Below, one piece after another: positions 18,886-31,065 of a stretch of 64,000 nt of DNA (the first letter of the stretch is position 1; every line of letters starts with the position of its first letter). This stretch comes from an uncultured delta proteobacterium (GTDB lineage Bacteria; Desulfobacterota; RBG-13-43-22). The notes beneath the pieces are model-generated. The model did no database searches, had not been told where the DNA came from, and saw nothing but the letters and a program-made list of their open reading frames with translations. The DNA is taken from the NCBI GenBank assembly GCA_963711835.1, contig CAVQFQ010000004.1:128001-192000 (forward strand), written 5' to 3'. A program made the translations under genes and the position numbers.

Positions 18886-21567
18886 TTATTTCAACTCGGC
18901 CCAATTCCGGCCTGTGGAGAGATTGACCTTCAAAGGAACCCGGAGCGTCATGACCGATTCCATGTGGTGTTTGACCAGTTTTTTCAGGGCCTCGATTTCC
19001 TTTTCGGGCGTCTCGAATACCAGTTCGTCATGGACCTGAAGGATCATGCGCGCCTTTAGCTTCTGATTTTTCATTTCCTGATTGATAACGATCATGGCCA
19101 TTTTAATCAAGTCGGCGGCGCTGCCCTGGATAGGGGTATTGACGGCCGTCCGCTCGGCAAACTGTCGCACCACCCGATTGGAGCTGTTTATCTCTTCCAT
19201 ATGGCGCCGGCGATTGAAGAGGGTGGTAACAATCCTGGTTCGACGGGCCTCTTCCAGGGTCTGGTCAATGTATTTTTTAACGCCCTGGTACTGTAAAAAA
19301 TAATGATCAATCAGGGTCTGGGCCTCCCGGACAGCGATACCCAATTCCTTGGAAAGCCCGAAGGCGCTCATACCGTAGATGATCCCGAAATTGATCACCT
19401 TGGCCTGGCTGCGCATTTCGGAAGGTACCTCTTCGGGAGCAACATGAAAAATATCGGCGGCCGTGCGGCGGTGGATATCCTGACCGGTTTGAAAAGCCTC
19501 CATCAGGTTGGCATCCTGGCTGTAATGGGCCAGAATGCGCAGCTCGATCTGAGAATAGTCCGCTGACAGCATCATCCAGCCCGGTTCGGGAACAAAGGCC
19601 TGGCGGAGCCTCCGGCCTTCCTCGGTTCGAACCGGTATATTCTGCAGATTGGGTTCGCTGCTGCTTAATCGGCCGGTAGCGGTAATGGTCTGGTTGAATG
19701 AGGTATGCAGCCGTCCCGTCTGGGGATGAACCAGTTTGGGCAGGGCATCCACATAGGTGGATTTAAGTTTGCTGAGGCTGCGGAAATTCCAGATTTCCGC
19801 AGCGATCGGATAATGAACGGCCAGTTCCCGGAGCACCTCGGCGTCGGTGGAGCTGTGGCTTTTCCCTTTGGTTTTCTTGGCCGCTGGCAGTTGGAGTTTT
19901 TCAAAAAGGATGCGGCTTAACTGCTGCGGGGAATTGATATTAAAAGGCTCCCCGGCCAAGTGATAAATCTGTTCCTCCAGGCCGGATAGTTTGATCTCCA
20001 GTTCCCTGGAAAAAAGGGCCAGGGCCTGGGAATCAATCCGTACCCCCTGCATCTCCATCTCCGCCAGGACCGGGATTAAGGGCATCTCCATCCCATAAAA
20101 CAAGTCTTCCAGTCCTTCGGTTTTAAGGATGGCCTCCAGGCGGTTGGCGCAGGCCAGGGCCGCTTCGGCATCTTCAGCGGCGTAGATTACGGCCTGGTCC
20201 ACTTCCACCTCGCTGAATTTTTTGGCCTTGGAACCGGTTCCGACCACTTCTTTGAAGCTGATCAGTTTCCGGCTCAGAAAATCCAGGGCGATCTGATTCA
20301 GGTTATGGGTTCGACGGGAGGGATTCAGGAGATAAGAGGCGATCATGGTATCAAAGGCCAGGCCCCGGTAGGGAAGACCGTAGCGCTTCAGTATAACCCA
20401 TTCGTATTTGATGTTCTGGCCGATCTTCCTGATTCCGGGATCTTCCAGGACCGTCTCCAGGGAGTGCAAGACCTCAGCCAGGGGCAACTGCTCTGGGGCC
20501 CCGATATACCTATGCCCCACAGGGACATAGACAGCCGATCCCTCTTCATAGCTCAAAGCGACCCCCACAATCTCGGCCCACATCGGGTCCGGGGAGGTAG
20601 TTTCCAGGTCCAGGGAAACCCGGCCGCGCTTTCTTATTCGTGTTAAAATGGCGGCCAGTTCTTCACGATCAGTAACCATCCGGAAATCCAGTCCCATGGT
20701 TTCAACCGTCTGGATCTCTCCTAATTCATCCAGGAATTTTTTGAATTCCAATTCCTGAAAGAGTTCTTTTAAGCGGACCTCATTTTCAGGCCGGACCTTC
20801 AGTTCATTTACCGTGAGGTCGAGGGGGACCTGCTTATCCAGGGTGACCAGTTCCCGGGAAAGGAGGGCCTGTTCTTTATAACAGCTTAATTTTTCCTTTA
20901 ATTTAGCTGGAGAAACCGATTCCAGCTGCTCGAGGAGTTTTTCCAGAGAGCCATAGGTTTGGATCAATTTGCTGGCTGTTTTTTCCCCGATACCGGGCAC
21001 CCCCGGTACATTATCGCTGCTGTCCCCGGCCAACCCCATAATATCAATGAGTTTGGAGGGTGAGGTGCCGAACCGGGCCTTAACGGACTCCAGGTCGAAA
21101 ACCTGGTCCTTCATGGTATCCCACATACTGGTGCGGGTCGAAATCAACTGCATTAAGTCTTTGTCCCCGGAGATAATGACGATTTCAAAGCCTCCGGCTT
21201 CCCCTTCTTCCGTCAGAGTGGCAATGATGTCATCGGCTTCGAAGCCGGTTTTCTCCAAAACCGCAAGGCCATAGGATTGGCTGATCGCTTTGATGTAGGG
21301 CAACTGGGCTATCAGACCTTCCGGGACCGGAGGCCGATGGGCTTTATACTCGCGATAGCGTTCATGCCTGAAGGTCGGTCCTTTGGTGTCGAAAACCACA
21401 GCCATAAACTCGGGTTTTTCCTGGTCCAGGAGCTTGCGGACCATCTGGGTAAAGCCGAAAACAGCCTGGGTGGGCAGGCCTTTGGAATTCGACAGGTGTC
21501 CCAGGGCAAAAAAGGCCCGGTAAACATAGGAACTGCCGTCAATGAGATAAAGCCGGGGATGAGGCAT
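18886..21567 (-). CDS. polA: DNA polymerase I
   Basis: LIDGSSYVYRAF, DLETT, TGRLSSSEPNLQNIP, ADYSQIELR, LQVHDELVFE. Confidence 0.98.
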   Translation of the reverse strand: MPHPRLYLIDGSSYVYRAFFALGHLSNSKGLPTQAVFGFTQMVRKLLDQEKPEFMAVVFDTKGPTFRHERYREYKAHRPPVPEGLIAQLPYIKAISQSYGLAVLEKTGFEADDIIATLTEEGEAGGFEIVIISGDKDLMQLISTRTSMWDTMKDQVFDLESVKARFGTSPSKLIDIMGLAGDSSDNVPGVPGIGEKTASKLIQTYGSLEKLLEQLESVSPAKLKEKLSCYKEQALLSRELVTLDKQVPLDLTVNELKVRPENEVRLKELFQELEFKKFLDELGEIQTVETMGLDFRMVTDREELAAILTRIRKRGRVSLDLETTSPDPMWAEIVGVALSYEEGSAVYVPVGHRYIGAPEQLPLAEVLHSLETVLEDPGIRKIGQNIKYEWVILKRYGLPYRGLAFDTMIASYLLNPSRRTHNLNQIALDFLSRKLISFKEVVGTGSKAKKFSEVEVDQAVIYAAEDAEAALACANRLEAILKTEGLEDLFYGMEMPLIPVLAEMEMQGVRIDSQALALFSRELEIKLSGLEEQIYHLAGEPFNINSPQQLSRILFEKLQLPAAKKTKGKSHSSTDAEVLRELAVHYPIAAEIWNFRSLSKLKSTYVDALPKLVHPQTGRLHTSFNQTITATGRLSSSEPNLQNIPVRTEEGRRLRQAFVPEPGWMMLSADYSQIELRILAHYSQDANLMEAFQTGQDIHRRTAADIFHVAPEEVPSEMRSQAKVINFGIIYGMSAFGLSKELGIAVREAQTLIDHYFLQYQGVKKYIDQTLEEARRTRIVTTLFNRRRHMEEINSSNRVVRQFAERTAVNTPIQGSAADLIKMAMIVINQEMKNQKLKARMILQVHDELVFETPEKEIEALKKLVKHHMESVMTLRVPLKVNLSTGRNWAELK

Positions 21568-21677
21568 CGGGGTCCCTTTCTAAATTAGAGCCGGTTCGAA
21601 GAATTACTATAGACAAATGATCGTAAAAGATATAATATAAAGATTTTTATAGCTAATTTAGCTAAAGGGACCTCCTC

Positions 21678-22940
21678 ATGACCATTCCGGCCTTAAAAGG
21701 GTTTAAAGATATCCTCCCCGGTGAAACGGAAAAATGGGCTTTTATTGAAAAGACGGCCCGAAGAATCTTTCAGATCTACTGTTATGCTGAAATCAAGACG
21801 CCCATCCTGGAAAAAACCGAGTTGTTTGCCAGGACGATCGGATCCTTTACCGACATCGTCGAAAAGGAAATGTACACCTTTACGGATCGGAACGGCGACT
21901 CGGTAACCCTGCGCCCGGAAGCCACGGCTTCCATTTTAAGGGCCTTTATCGAACACCATCTCGAAGGGCAGCAGCCCGTCCAGCGCCTTTTTTCTTTAGG
22001 ACCCATGTTCCGCCATGAACGCCCGCAAAAAGGGCGGCTGCGCCAGTTTCACCAGATCAACGCCGAGTGCATCGGTTCCGGGCGTCCCCAGGTCGATGCC
22101 GAGACCATTGCCCTGCTGACCCAACTCCTGATGAATCTCGGCTTAACCCAATTTCGTTTACGCATCAATTCCCTGGGCTGTCCGGACTGCCGCCCTTCCT
22201 TTTCTTCGGCTATCCAGGATTTTCTGGAAGGGAAAAAATGGGCCCTATGCCCGGACTGCCAAAGACGTCTGCTGACCAACCCCTTGCGGGTTATGGACTG
22301 CAAAGTGGAACGGTGCCAGGAAGAGCTGACTGAAGCCCCGACCATATTATCGTTTAACTGTCCGGATTGTCAAAACCATTTCGATCAGGTCCGGGAACTC
22401 TTATCCGGGCTGGCGGTTGAAATTTCCGTTGACCCCAGGCTGGTCCGGGGATTGGATTATTACTGCCGGACCACCTTTGAGGTAACCGCCGCCCATCTTG
22501 GGGCCCAGGATGCCGTTGCCGGCGGAGGGCGTTATGACGGGCTCCTGAAAAACCTGGGGGGGCCCGACCTGCCGGCCATCGGCTTTGCCATCGGGTTGGA
22601 ACGGCTGGCCCTTCTATTGCCTTCTCCCGCGGCGGCCAGCAACCGTCCCTTTGTCTTTCTGGCCCCGATGGGAAAGGAATCCCGGGAGCGGGCTTTCGAA
22701 CTGTTGAGGACCCTCCACAAAAAAGAGATCTCCGGCCTCATGGAATACGAGGATAAAAGTCTGAAAAGTCTATTGCGGCGGGCCGGCAAGAGCGGAAGCG
22801 TCTATGCCGCCATACTGGGAAACGAAGAGCTGAGCCGGAATCAGATTATAATCCGCGATCTCGACCGGCAGCAGCAGGAGGAAATCCCCCTGTCTAAATT
22901 CCTGGATTATTTTTTGGAAAGGTACCCAAAAATAACCTGA
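21678..22940 (+). CDS. hisS: Histidine--tRNA ligase
   Basis: LRPEATAS, FRHERPQKGRLRQFHQ, LVRGLDYY, GGGRYDGL. Confidence 0.97.
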   Translation: MTIPALKGFKDILPGETEKWAFIEKTARRIFQIYCYAEIKTPILEKTELFARTIGSFTDIVEKEMYTFTDRNGDSVTLRPEATASILRAFIEHHLEGQQPVQRLFSLGPMFRHERPQKGRLRQFHQINAECIGSGRPQVDAETIALLTQLLMNLGLTQFRLRINSLGCPDCRPSFSSAIQDFLEGKKWALCPDCQRRLLTNPLRVMDCKVERCQEELTEAPTILSFNCPDCQNHFDQVRELLSGLAVEISVDPRLVRGLDYYCRTTFEVTAAHLGAQDAVAGGGRYDGLLKNLGGPDLPAIGFAIGLERLALLLPSPAAASNRPFVFLAPMGKESRERAFELLRTLHKKEISGLMEYEDKSLKSLLRRAGKSGSVYAAILGNEELSRNQIIIRDLDRQQQEEIPLSKFLDYFLERYPKIT

Positions 22941-23013
22941 CCACTTCCGGTCCGAGGGATCTCGACCGGTCCTCGCCCCTTAGGCCTGCAGGCGATTTTT
23001 AAAGGAGAACCCA

Positions 23014-24796
23014 TTGACTGAACCAACCTTAAACTGGAAACGGACCCACGATTGCGGGTCCCTGAACCCGGAACACATCGGCCGGACGGTCTCCTTAGCC
23101 GGTTGGGTCGATACCCGCCGCGATCATGGCGGACTTATCTTTATCGACCTTCGGGATCGAGCCGGTATTACCCAGGTGGTCTTTAATCCTGAAATCAACA
23201 GCCAGGCCCACCAGCAGGCCCATCAATTGCGCAGCGAATATGTCTTAAGCATTCAGGGCCTGGTCCGGGCCCGGCCTGAGGGCATGGCCAACCCCAATTT
23301 GAAAACCGGCGCAATTGAAGTCCTGGTTCAGGAGTACCGGCTGCTCAACACCGCCAAAACCCCCCCCTTCAATCTGGACGGCACCGGCGAGGTCTCTGAA
23401 GCCGTCCGTTTGCGTTACCGTTACCTGGACCTTCGCCGCCCGCTTCTTCAGGAGAATTTTTTCATCCGCCATCGGGTCATTTCCCTGATTCGGTCTTTCC
23501 TGGACCAGAAGGGGTTCTGCGATATCGAAACCCCCTTTCTGACCAAAAGCACCCCCGAAGGGGCCCGTGATTACCTGGTCCCCAGCCGGATCCAGGAAGG
23601 GAAATTCTATGCCCTGCCCCAGTCCCCGCAACTGTTCAAACAACTGCTGATGGTCGCGGGTTTTGACCGCTATTACCAGATCGTCCGCTGCTTCCGGGAT
23701 GAAGATCTCCGGGCGGACCGCCAACCCGAATTCACGCAACTGGATATGGAACTTTCCTTCATAGATGAAGAGGACATCCGTGAGCTGATCGAGGAACTCA
23801 TCTCCAACTTGTTCAGCCGTATCCTGGGCCAGGAGATCCCCAGACCTTTCCGGAGCCTGACCTATGAGCAGGCCATGAGCCGCTACGGCACCGACCGGCC
23901 GGACCTGCGCTTCGGGTTGGAAATAAAGGACCTGACCTCGTTAGTTCGCCATTCCGGCGTCAAAGTCTTCGCCGAATGCGCTGAAAAAGGCGGTTGTATC
24001 AAAGCCCTGGGTGTCCCCCAGGGGGCCGCTTTCTCCCGGAAAGGACCTGGATGACCTGACCGCCTTAGCCCAGAATTGGGGAGCCAAGGGGCTGGCCTGG
24101 GCCAAGCTTAACCCGGAGGGTTGGCAATCCCCTTTGGCCAAATTCCTCAAGGAGGAGGAACGCAAGGCCATGGAAGAGGCCCTGGGCCTTTGTCCCGGAG
24201 ATTTGATCCTTTTCCAGGCCGACAGCCCTTCCCTGGTCCATGAAGTCCTGGGCAAGATCCGGCTCCACCTGGGCCTGGCCAAGCCTTTCCCCAAAGATCA
24301 GTTTGAGTTTACCTGGATTACGGAATTCCCTCTTTTCGAATACCGCCTGGAGGAAGGCCGCTTCGGGGCCGTTCATCATCCCTTTACCGCCCCCTTGGAA
24401 GCGGATATCCCTTTCCTGGAATCCCAGCCCGATAAGGTGCGCTCCCGGGCTTACGATCTGGTCTTAAATGGAAACGAGATCGGGGGAGGCAGTATCCGTA
24501 TTCACCAGCGCAGCCTTCAGGAACAGATCTTTCGGGTCTTAGGGATTTCCGCCGAGGAGGCCGATGAAAAATTCGGATTTTTGCTGGAGGCCCTGGAGAT
24601 GGGCGCCCCGCCCCACGGAGGCCTGGCCTTCGGCCTGGACCGCCTGGTCATGCTCATGACCGGGGCTGCATCCCTGAGAGAGGTCATCGCCTTTCCCAAA
24701 ACTCAAAAGGCGGTCTGCCCCCTGACCAATGCCCCGACCAGCGTCAGCCGGGCCCAATTGAATGAATTGGGCTTGCGGCTGGAGGTGAAAAAATAG
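23014..24796 (+). CDS. aspS: Aspartate--tRNA ligase (one extra A near 24040)
   Basis: [46 protein letters not shown]; ...FSRK/DLDDL join restores one protein. Confidence 0.95.
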
Positions 24797-24851
24797 GGTT
24801 CCAGGATTCAACTTAAACCCTTGAACCCTTCCGTCTTAGAGGAGATTTATT

Positions 24852-26681
24852 ATGGCCCGCTGGAATCCCAACAAAAAGGTGCTCGACCACGAGCACACCC
24901 ATTTCTGGAAATACGAACTGATCGACATCCCGGAACCCAATCTCCAGAGGGATATTTTTCCCTACGACCAGGTCTGCCGGATCGATTTTGACCATAAGCT
25001 CATCCCCATCGATCCCAGCGATGAATTCTGGATAACCGATACCACCTTCAGGGACGGCCAGCAGGCCCGGCCCCCTTATACGCTGGACCAGATCCTTAAA
25101 ATTTTTGATTTTCTCCATCGTCTGGGCGGCCCCTACGGGGTCATCCGCCAGAGCGAGTTTTTTCTCTACAGCCGGCGGGATAAAGAGGCGGTAACTAAAT
25201 GTCTGGAACTCGGCTACCCCTACCCTGAGATAACCGGCTGGATTCGGGCCCACCCCGATGACCTCCCTCTGGTCAAGGAGATGGGCCTGAAGGAAACCGG
25301 CATCCTGACCTCCGTTTCCGATTATCATATCTTTTATAAATTGAACCTGACCCGGGCCCAGGCCTTTAACCAATATCTCGATATCGTCCGGAAGGCCTTG
25401 GACTTGGGGATCTTGCCCCGCTGCCATTTTGAGGATATCACCCGAGCCGACATCTACGGATTCTGCGTCCCTCTGGCCATTGAATTGATGAAACTCAGAG
25501 AGACCTCGGGGATCGATATTAAAATCCGGCTCTGCGATACCCTCGGCTTCGGAGTCACCTACCCGGGGGCGGCCCTGCCCCGAAGCGTGCCCAGGCTGGT
25601 GCGGGCCATGATCGACGATGCCGGGGTCCCGGGCCGGCTTCTGGAATGGCACGGTCATAATGACTTTCATAAAGGTTTTATCAATGCCGCCACCTCCTGG
25701 CTTTACGGCTGCGCGGCGGCCAACGGCACCCTGTTGGGTTTCGGCGAAAGGACCGGCAATACTCCGCTGGAAGGACTGCTGGTCGAATATATCAACCTTT
25801 TAGGGCAGGACAACGGCATCGACACCCGGGTGATCACCGAAATGGCCGACTACTTTAAACAGGAAATCCATTATGCCATCCCGGCCAATTTTCCCTTCGT
25901 CGGCGAAGATTTTAATGCCACCAGCGCCGGGATTCATGCCGACGGTCTGATCAAAAACGAAGAGATTTATAATATTTTTGATACCGGAAAAGTTCTGAAC
26001 CGGCCGATCAGCATCATCATTACCGACAAATCGGGAACGGCCGGCATTGTCCACTGGCTCAATAAACAGCTGTCCCTGAAAGGCGATAAGCTCCTGGACA
26101 AACAGCACCCCGGCGTTCTGAAGGTCTACAAATGGGTGCTGAAGCAGTACGAAGAGGGACGGGTGACCTCCATTTCCTCCCAGGAAATGGAGCGGGTCAG
26201 CCGGAAATACCTGCCGGAGTACTTTGTGTCCGAGTTTGACGCCCTCAAACAAAAGGCCTATCATCTGGCCTATCACATCGTCGAAGAAATCCTGGAACGG
26301 GAAGAGATCCGCAGCATGAGTCCGGTCCTCCAGGAACCGGTTCTGGAAAACTTTATCGAGTTGAACCCTTTTATCCAGTTTATTTATATCACCAACCTGG
26401 AAGGTCAAAAAATTACCAAGAATATCACCCGGATCGTGGACCGGGCCAAGTACCAGGTCTTTAAGCTGGATGAGGACTTTTCCGGCCGCTCCTGGTTCAC
26501 GGAACCGATCAATAACGGCAAGATCCATGTGACCGATTTTTACACCTCCAGGATTACCGGGGCCCTCTGTATCAGCGTTTCCGGACCGATTCGGAATTGG
26601 GCCGACGAGATCATCGGGGTCCTGGGAATTGATATCAAGTTCGAAGACCTGGTTAAGATGGAAAAGGATGGGGAAATATAA
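24852..26681 (+). CDS. Re-citrate synthase-like DRE-TIM metallolyase with C-terminal Cache/PDC-like domain
   Basis: TDTTFRDGQQ, YPEITGWIRA, EWHGHND, GERTGN, AGIHADG; C-terminal RSWF...TDFYTSRITGALCISVS...GVLGIDI. Confidence 0.78.
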   Translation: MARWNPNKKVLDHEHTHFWKYELIDIPEPNLQRDIFPYDQVCRIDFDHKLIPIDPSDEFWITDTTFRDGQQARPPYTLDQILKIFDFLHRLGGPYGVIRQSEFFLYSRRDKEAVTKCLELGYPYPEITGWIRAHPDDLPLVKEMGLKETGILTSVSDYHIFYKLNLTRAQAFNQYLDIVRKALDLGILPRCHFEDITRADIYGFCVPLAIELMKLRETSGIDIKIRLCDTLGFGVTYPGAALPRSVPRLVRAMIDDAGVPGRLLEWHGHNDFHKGFINAATSWLYGCAAANGTLLGFGERTGNTPLEGLLVEYINLLGQDNGIDTRVITEMADYFKQEIHYAIPANFPFVGEDFNATSAGIHADGLIKNEEIYNIFDTGKVLNRPISIIITDKSGTAGIVHWLNKQLSLKGDKLLDKQHPGVLKVYKWVLKQYEEGRVTSISSQEMERVSRKYLPEYFVSEFDALKQKAYHLAYHIVEEILEREEIRSMSPVLQEPVLENFIELNPFIQFIYITNLEGQKITKNITRIVDRAKYQVFKLDEDFSGRSWFTEPINNGKIHVTDFYTSRITGALCISVSGPIRNWADEIIGVLGIDIKFEDLVKMEKDGEI

Positions 26682-26810
26682 TCCCCGGCAGCCGAATAAA
26701 AATGGAGTCCCAAAAACCTTTGGGCTTGACAAAACCGCACCCTATTGGTAAAGGATTGACATTCTTTTCTTTATTCAAAAAATATCATTCATTTAAAAGG
26801 AGGAGTTACC

Positions 26811-27023
26811 GTGGCAGAGGTTCTATCACCCATGGCCGGAAAGGTCATCGAGATCAAAGTGAATGTCGGAGATACCGTCAAGGAAGATGATGAAGTGGCC
26901 GTTATTGAAGCCATGAAAATGGAAATGCCTATCGTGACCTATTCCGAAGGAACGGTGAAGGAAATCAAGGTGGCTAAAGGCGATTCGGTTGAAGCCGATC
27001 AGGTCCTTTTGATCATAGCCTAA
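26811..27023 (+). CDS. Biotin carboxyl carrier protein
   Basis: EAMKME motif; AGGAGGAG RBS. Confidence 0.95.
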   Translation: MAEVLSPMAGKVIEIKVNVGDTVKEDDEVAVIEAMKMEMPIVTYSEGTVKEIKVAKGDSVEADQVLLIIA

Positions 27024-27172
27024 CGTCCTTTCCGAAGATTATCGGTTTAAATGCCCCGCCCTAACCGGGCGGGGGATTTAACCTGACGATTTTAAAAAAG
27101 CTTCTCCAGCTAATTCCGAAGAATCCAACACATTCCAATGCAGATAAATTATTTCTTGCCAGCAGGTGAACT

Positions 27173-28726
27173 ATGACTAATGAAGAGCGTATCAGGGAAT
27201 TAATCGAATTGAACGCCCAGGCCGAGTTGGGCGGGGGCCAGGATAAGATTGACAGCCAGCATCAAAAGGGCAAATTAACCGCCCGGGAACGCGTCCAATA
27301 TCTCCTGGACCCCGGGACCTTTGAGGAATTTGACCGGTTTGTCGTCCACCGCTGTTATGATTTCGACATGGAAAAACAGAAGATCTCCGGCGACGGGGTT
27401 GTTACCGGCTATGGGCGTATCAACGGCCGGCTGGTCTATGTCTTTTCCCAGGATTTTACCGTTTTCGGCGGAAGCCTGAGTGGTCCCTTCGGAGAAAAGG
27501 TCTGCAAAGTCATGGACCTGGCCTTACGGAACGGCGCCCCGGTGATCGGATTAAATGACTCGGGAGGAGCCCGGATCCAGGAAGGGGTGGTCAGCCTGGG
27601 CAGCTATGGGGATATCTTCAGAAGGAATGTCCAGTGTTCCGGAATTATCCCCCAGATCTCGGCCATCATGGGCCCCTGTGCCGGGGGAGCCGTCTATTCG
27701 CCGGCCATTACCGATTTTATCATCATGGTTGAAAAGACCAGCCATATGTTTATCACCGGACCTCAGGTCATTAAAGCGATCACCCATGAAGACGTGGAAC
27801 CGGAGGCCCTGGGCGGAGCTATTCGGCACAACACCACCAGTGGGGTGGCCCATTTGGCGGCCAAAACCGACCAGCAGGCCCTGGATATGATCCGGGAGCT
27901 GCTTTCCTTCCTTCCCTCGAACTGCAACGAAAAACCGCCCCTCAAGGAAACGCAGGACGACCCCGACCGGCTGGATATGAACCTCCGCACCATAATCCCG
28001 GATAACCCCCGTGTCCCTTACGACATGAAAAAAATCATCCTTTCAGTAGTCGACGACCACTACTTTTTTGAAACCCAGAAACTATACGCCACCAACATGA
28101 TTGTCGGCTTTGCCCGTCTGAACGGCATGCCGGTCGGGATCGTGGCCAACCAGCCCCGGTCTCTGGCCGGCTGCCTGGACATCAATGCTTCCGATAAGTG
28201 CGCCCGATTTGTCCGCTTTTGCGATTGTTTCAATATTCCCGTTGTCACCTTTGTGGATGTGCCCGGGTTCCTGCCCGGGGTAGCCCAGGAGTACGGCGGG
28301 ATCATCCGCCACGGGGCTAAAATTATTTATGCCTATTGCGATGCCTCGGTCCCCAAGGTTACCGTCATTACCCGCAAGGGCTACGGCGGGGCTTACGATG
28401 TGATGGGCAGCAAACACCACGGCGGGGACATCAATTATGCCTATCCCATGGCTGAAATCGCGGTCATGGGTCCTGAAGGGGCGGTCCCGATTGTCTTCCG
28501 GAACCAGATCAAGGAAGCGGCCGATCCGGAAAAAACCCGGCAGGAATTGATCGAGGAGTACCGGCGGACCTTTGCCAGCCCTTACAAGGCCGCCGAATTG
28601 GGATATATCGACGAAATTATCCTGCCCGAATACACCCGTCCCAAATTGATCCGGGCCCTGGAATCCCTGAAAACCAAGGTCGATGTCCGCAGTCTCCCGC
28701 GGCGGCATGGGAATATACCACTTTAA
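27173..28726 (+). CDS. Methylmalonyl-CoA/propionyl-CoA carboxyltransferase subunit
   Basis: [33 protein letters not shown]. Confidence 0.95.
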   Translation: MTNEERIRELIELNAQAELGGGQDKIDSQHQKGKLTARERVQYLLDPGTFEEFDRFVVHRCYDFDMEKQKISGDGVVTGYGRINGRLVYVFSQDFTVFGGSLSGPFGEKVCKVMDLALRNGAPVIGLNDSGGARIQEGVVSLGSYGDIFRRNVQCSGIIPQISAIMGPCAGGAVYSPAITDFIIMVEKTSHMFITGPQVIKAITHEDVEPEALGGAIRHNTTSGVAHLAAKTDQQALDMIRELLSFLPSNCNEKPPLKETQDDPDRLDMNLRTIIPDNPRVPYDMKKIILSVVDDHYFFETQKLYATNMIVGFARLNGMPVGIVANQPRSLAGCLDINASDKCARFVRFCDCFNIPVVTFVDVPGFLPGVAQEYGGIIRHGAKIIYAYCDASVPKVTVITRKGYGGAYDVMGSKHHGGDINYAYPMAEIAVMGPEGAVPIVFRNQIKEAADPEKTRQELIEEYRRTFASPYKAAELGYIDEIILPEYTRPKLIRALESLKTKVDVRSLPRRHGNIPL

Positions 28727-28791
28727 AACCGATACGGATTACTGGAACCTTGATACCAGCAACAAAATGAAAATAACCTCAAGCGGTTTTT

Positions 28792-28820
28792 TATCCAGTA
28801 TCCAGTATCCAGCATCCAGC
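28792..28820. repeat. 7-bp tandem repeat (ATCCAGY)x4
   Basis: tatccagtatccagtatccagcatccagc just upstream of the mutase RBS. Confidence 0.8.
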
Positions 28821-28834
28821 CAAGGAGTTGATTA

Positions 28835-30513
28835 ATGTTCGATCCAGAAAAAATCCTTCGTCTAAAAAAGCAGCAATCGGAATGGGAAGAAAAAACCGGG
28901 GCCAAGCTGGCCAAGACTCCGGAAAGGAAAAAAGAATTTACCACTATTTCGGAAATCCCGGTCAAAAGTCTTTATACTCCGGCTGACCTCGACGGCCTGG
29001 ACTATGAAGAGGCCTTGGGATTTCCCGGGGAGTACCCTTTCACCCGGGGCGTCCAGCCCACCATGTACCGGGGCCGGTTCTGGACCATGCGCCAGTATGC
29101 CGGGTTTGCCAGCGCCGAAGAATCCAACCGGCGTTACAAATACCTTTTGGAACAGGGGCAAACCGGATTGTCGGTGGCCTTTGATCTGCCCACCCAGATT
29201 GGTTATGATTCCGATCACCCCCTGTCCCAGGGAGAAGTCGGCAAGGTGGGGGTGGCCATCGATTCCCTTCAGGATATGGAGACCCTGTTTAACGGTATCC
29301 CGCTCGATAAGGTCAGTACCTCTATGACCATTAATGCCCCGGCAGCTATCCTGCTGGCCATGTATATCGGGGTGGCTGAGAAGCAGGGGGTGTCTTCCAA
29401 GACCTTGAACGGGACTATTCAGAATGATATCTTGAAGGAATATTCCTCGCGCGGGACATACATCTTCCCCCCGCTGCCTTCCCTGCGTATCATCACCAAC
29501 ATCTTCGCCTTTTGCTCCCAGGAAGTCCCCAAATGGAATACCATCAGCATCAGCGGCTACCACATCCGCGAGGCCGGTTCTACGGCCGTCCAGGAGGTGG
29601 CCTTTACCTTGGCCAACGGTATCGCCTATGTGGAGGCCGCCTTGAAGGCCGGTCTCTCCGTAGACACCATCGGCCCCCGGCTGTCTTTTTTCTTCAATGC
29701 CCATCTCGATTTCCTGGAAGAGATCGCTAAATATCGGGCGGCCCGCCGTCTCTGGGCCATGATCATGAAAGAACGCTTCGGCGCCCGGGACCCCCGTTCC
29801 TTGATGGTCCGCTTCCATACCCAGACCGCCGGCTGCTCCCTGACCGCCCAGCAGCCCAAAAACAATATCGTCCGGGTAGCCTTCCAAGCCATGGCCGCAG
29901 TTTTGGGGGGGACCCAATCCCTCCATACCAATTCCATGGACGAGGCCCTTTCCCTGCCTACCGAGGAAGCGGTCCAGGTTGCCTTGCGCACCCAGCAACT
30001 GATTGCTTATGAGACCGGGGTTACGGAATCGGTGGATCCTCTGGGCGGGTCCTATTACATCGAACACCTGACTAAAACCATTGAAGAAAAGGCCCTGGAC
30101 TATATCAGGCAGATCGATGAGCTGGGGGGAGCCGCGGCCGCCATCGAAAAGGGTTTTGTCCAAAGGGAGATCCAGGAGAGCGCCTACCGCTTTCAAAAAG
30201 CAGTCGAGTCGGGCGACCGGATCGTGGTGGGTTTGAACAAGTTCCAGGTCAAGGAACCTAAGCCGACTAATCTGCTTCGGGTGGATCCTCAGGTCCAGGA
30301 ACTTCAGGTCCGGAAAATTGCCCGGCTTAAGGAATCGCGGGACAAGAGCCAAGGTCAAAGCGTGTCTTTTAAATCTAAAAAAAGCGGCCCATAGGACCGG
30401 ATAATCTGATGCCCCTTATCCTGGAAGCCGTTCGGGCCTACGCCACCCTGGGGGAAATCTGTGATACCCTGCGGTCTGTTTTTGGCGAATATACGGCCGT
30501 TTCAACTCTATAG
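28835..30513 (+). CDS. Methylmalonyl-CoA mutase family, substrate-binding subunit (two +1 indels near 30350-30390)
   Basis: [25 protein letters not shown]; C-terminus [30 protein letters not shown] in shifted frame. Confidence 0.93.
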
Positions 30514-30526
30514 GAGGTCTTGACTC

Positions 30527-30934
30527 ATGAAAGAGCAAAGAAAGATTCGCGTTTTAGCCGCCAAACCCGGTCTGGACGGACACGACCGGGGCATTAAAGT
30601 GATTTGCCATGCCTTGCGGGATGCCGGCATGGAGGTGATCTATACCGGACTGCGCCAGACCCCGGAGCAGATCGTGGCCACGGCCATGCAGGAGGATGTG
30701 GATGTCATTGCCATGAGCGTTCTTTCCGGGGCCCACGACTACCTCTTTCCCCGGGTCATGGACCTGATGAAGGAGAAAGGCCTGAAGGATGTCCTGGTCC
30801 TGGGCGGCGGGATAATACCTGAAGAGGATATCCCGGGCTTAAAGGAAAAGGGGATCAGCGCGATTTTCGGACCAGGGACCTACACCACCGAAATCATCAC
30901 CTATATCCAGGAAGGGGTTAAAAAAGCCGCTTAA
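30527..30934 (+). CDS. Cobalamin-binding mutase small subunit
   Basis: [15 protein letters not shown]. Confidence 0.96.
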   Translation: MKEQRKIRVLAAKPGLDGHDRGIKVICHALRDAGMEVIYTGLRQTPEQIVATAMQEDVDVIAMSVLSGAHDYLFPRVMDLMKEKGLKDVLVLGGGIIPEEDIPGLKEKGISAIFGPGTYTTEIITYIQEGVKKAA

Positions 30935-31065
30935 AGGGGAGATAACCCTCCGAATACCACGAAACTAACAATCAAGCCTAGCCCATGGCAACCTCCCCGA
31001 CCCGAGTTGAAGTCCTGGTGAAAAAGTGTTAGGCTTTTTGAAAGCCAAAAACCGAAGGAGGCATC

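Noticed and set aside
24030-24054. Programmed frameshift in aspS
   Set aside because: No known recoding in aspS, no clear stimulatory signal, and many similar indels across the window.
28792-28820. Heptamer tandem repeat as a phase-variation switch
   Set aside because: Only four imperfect intergenic units; no evidence of length variation from a single sequence.
28862-30358. 498-aa minus-strand ORF
   Set aside because: Antisense shadow of the methylmalonyl-CoA mutase gene.
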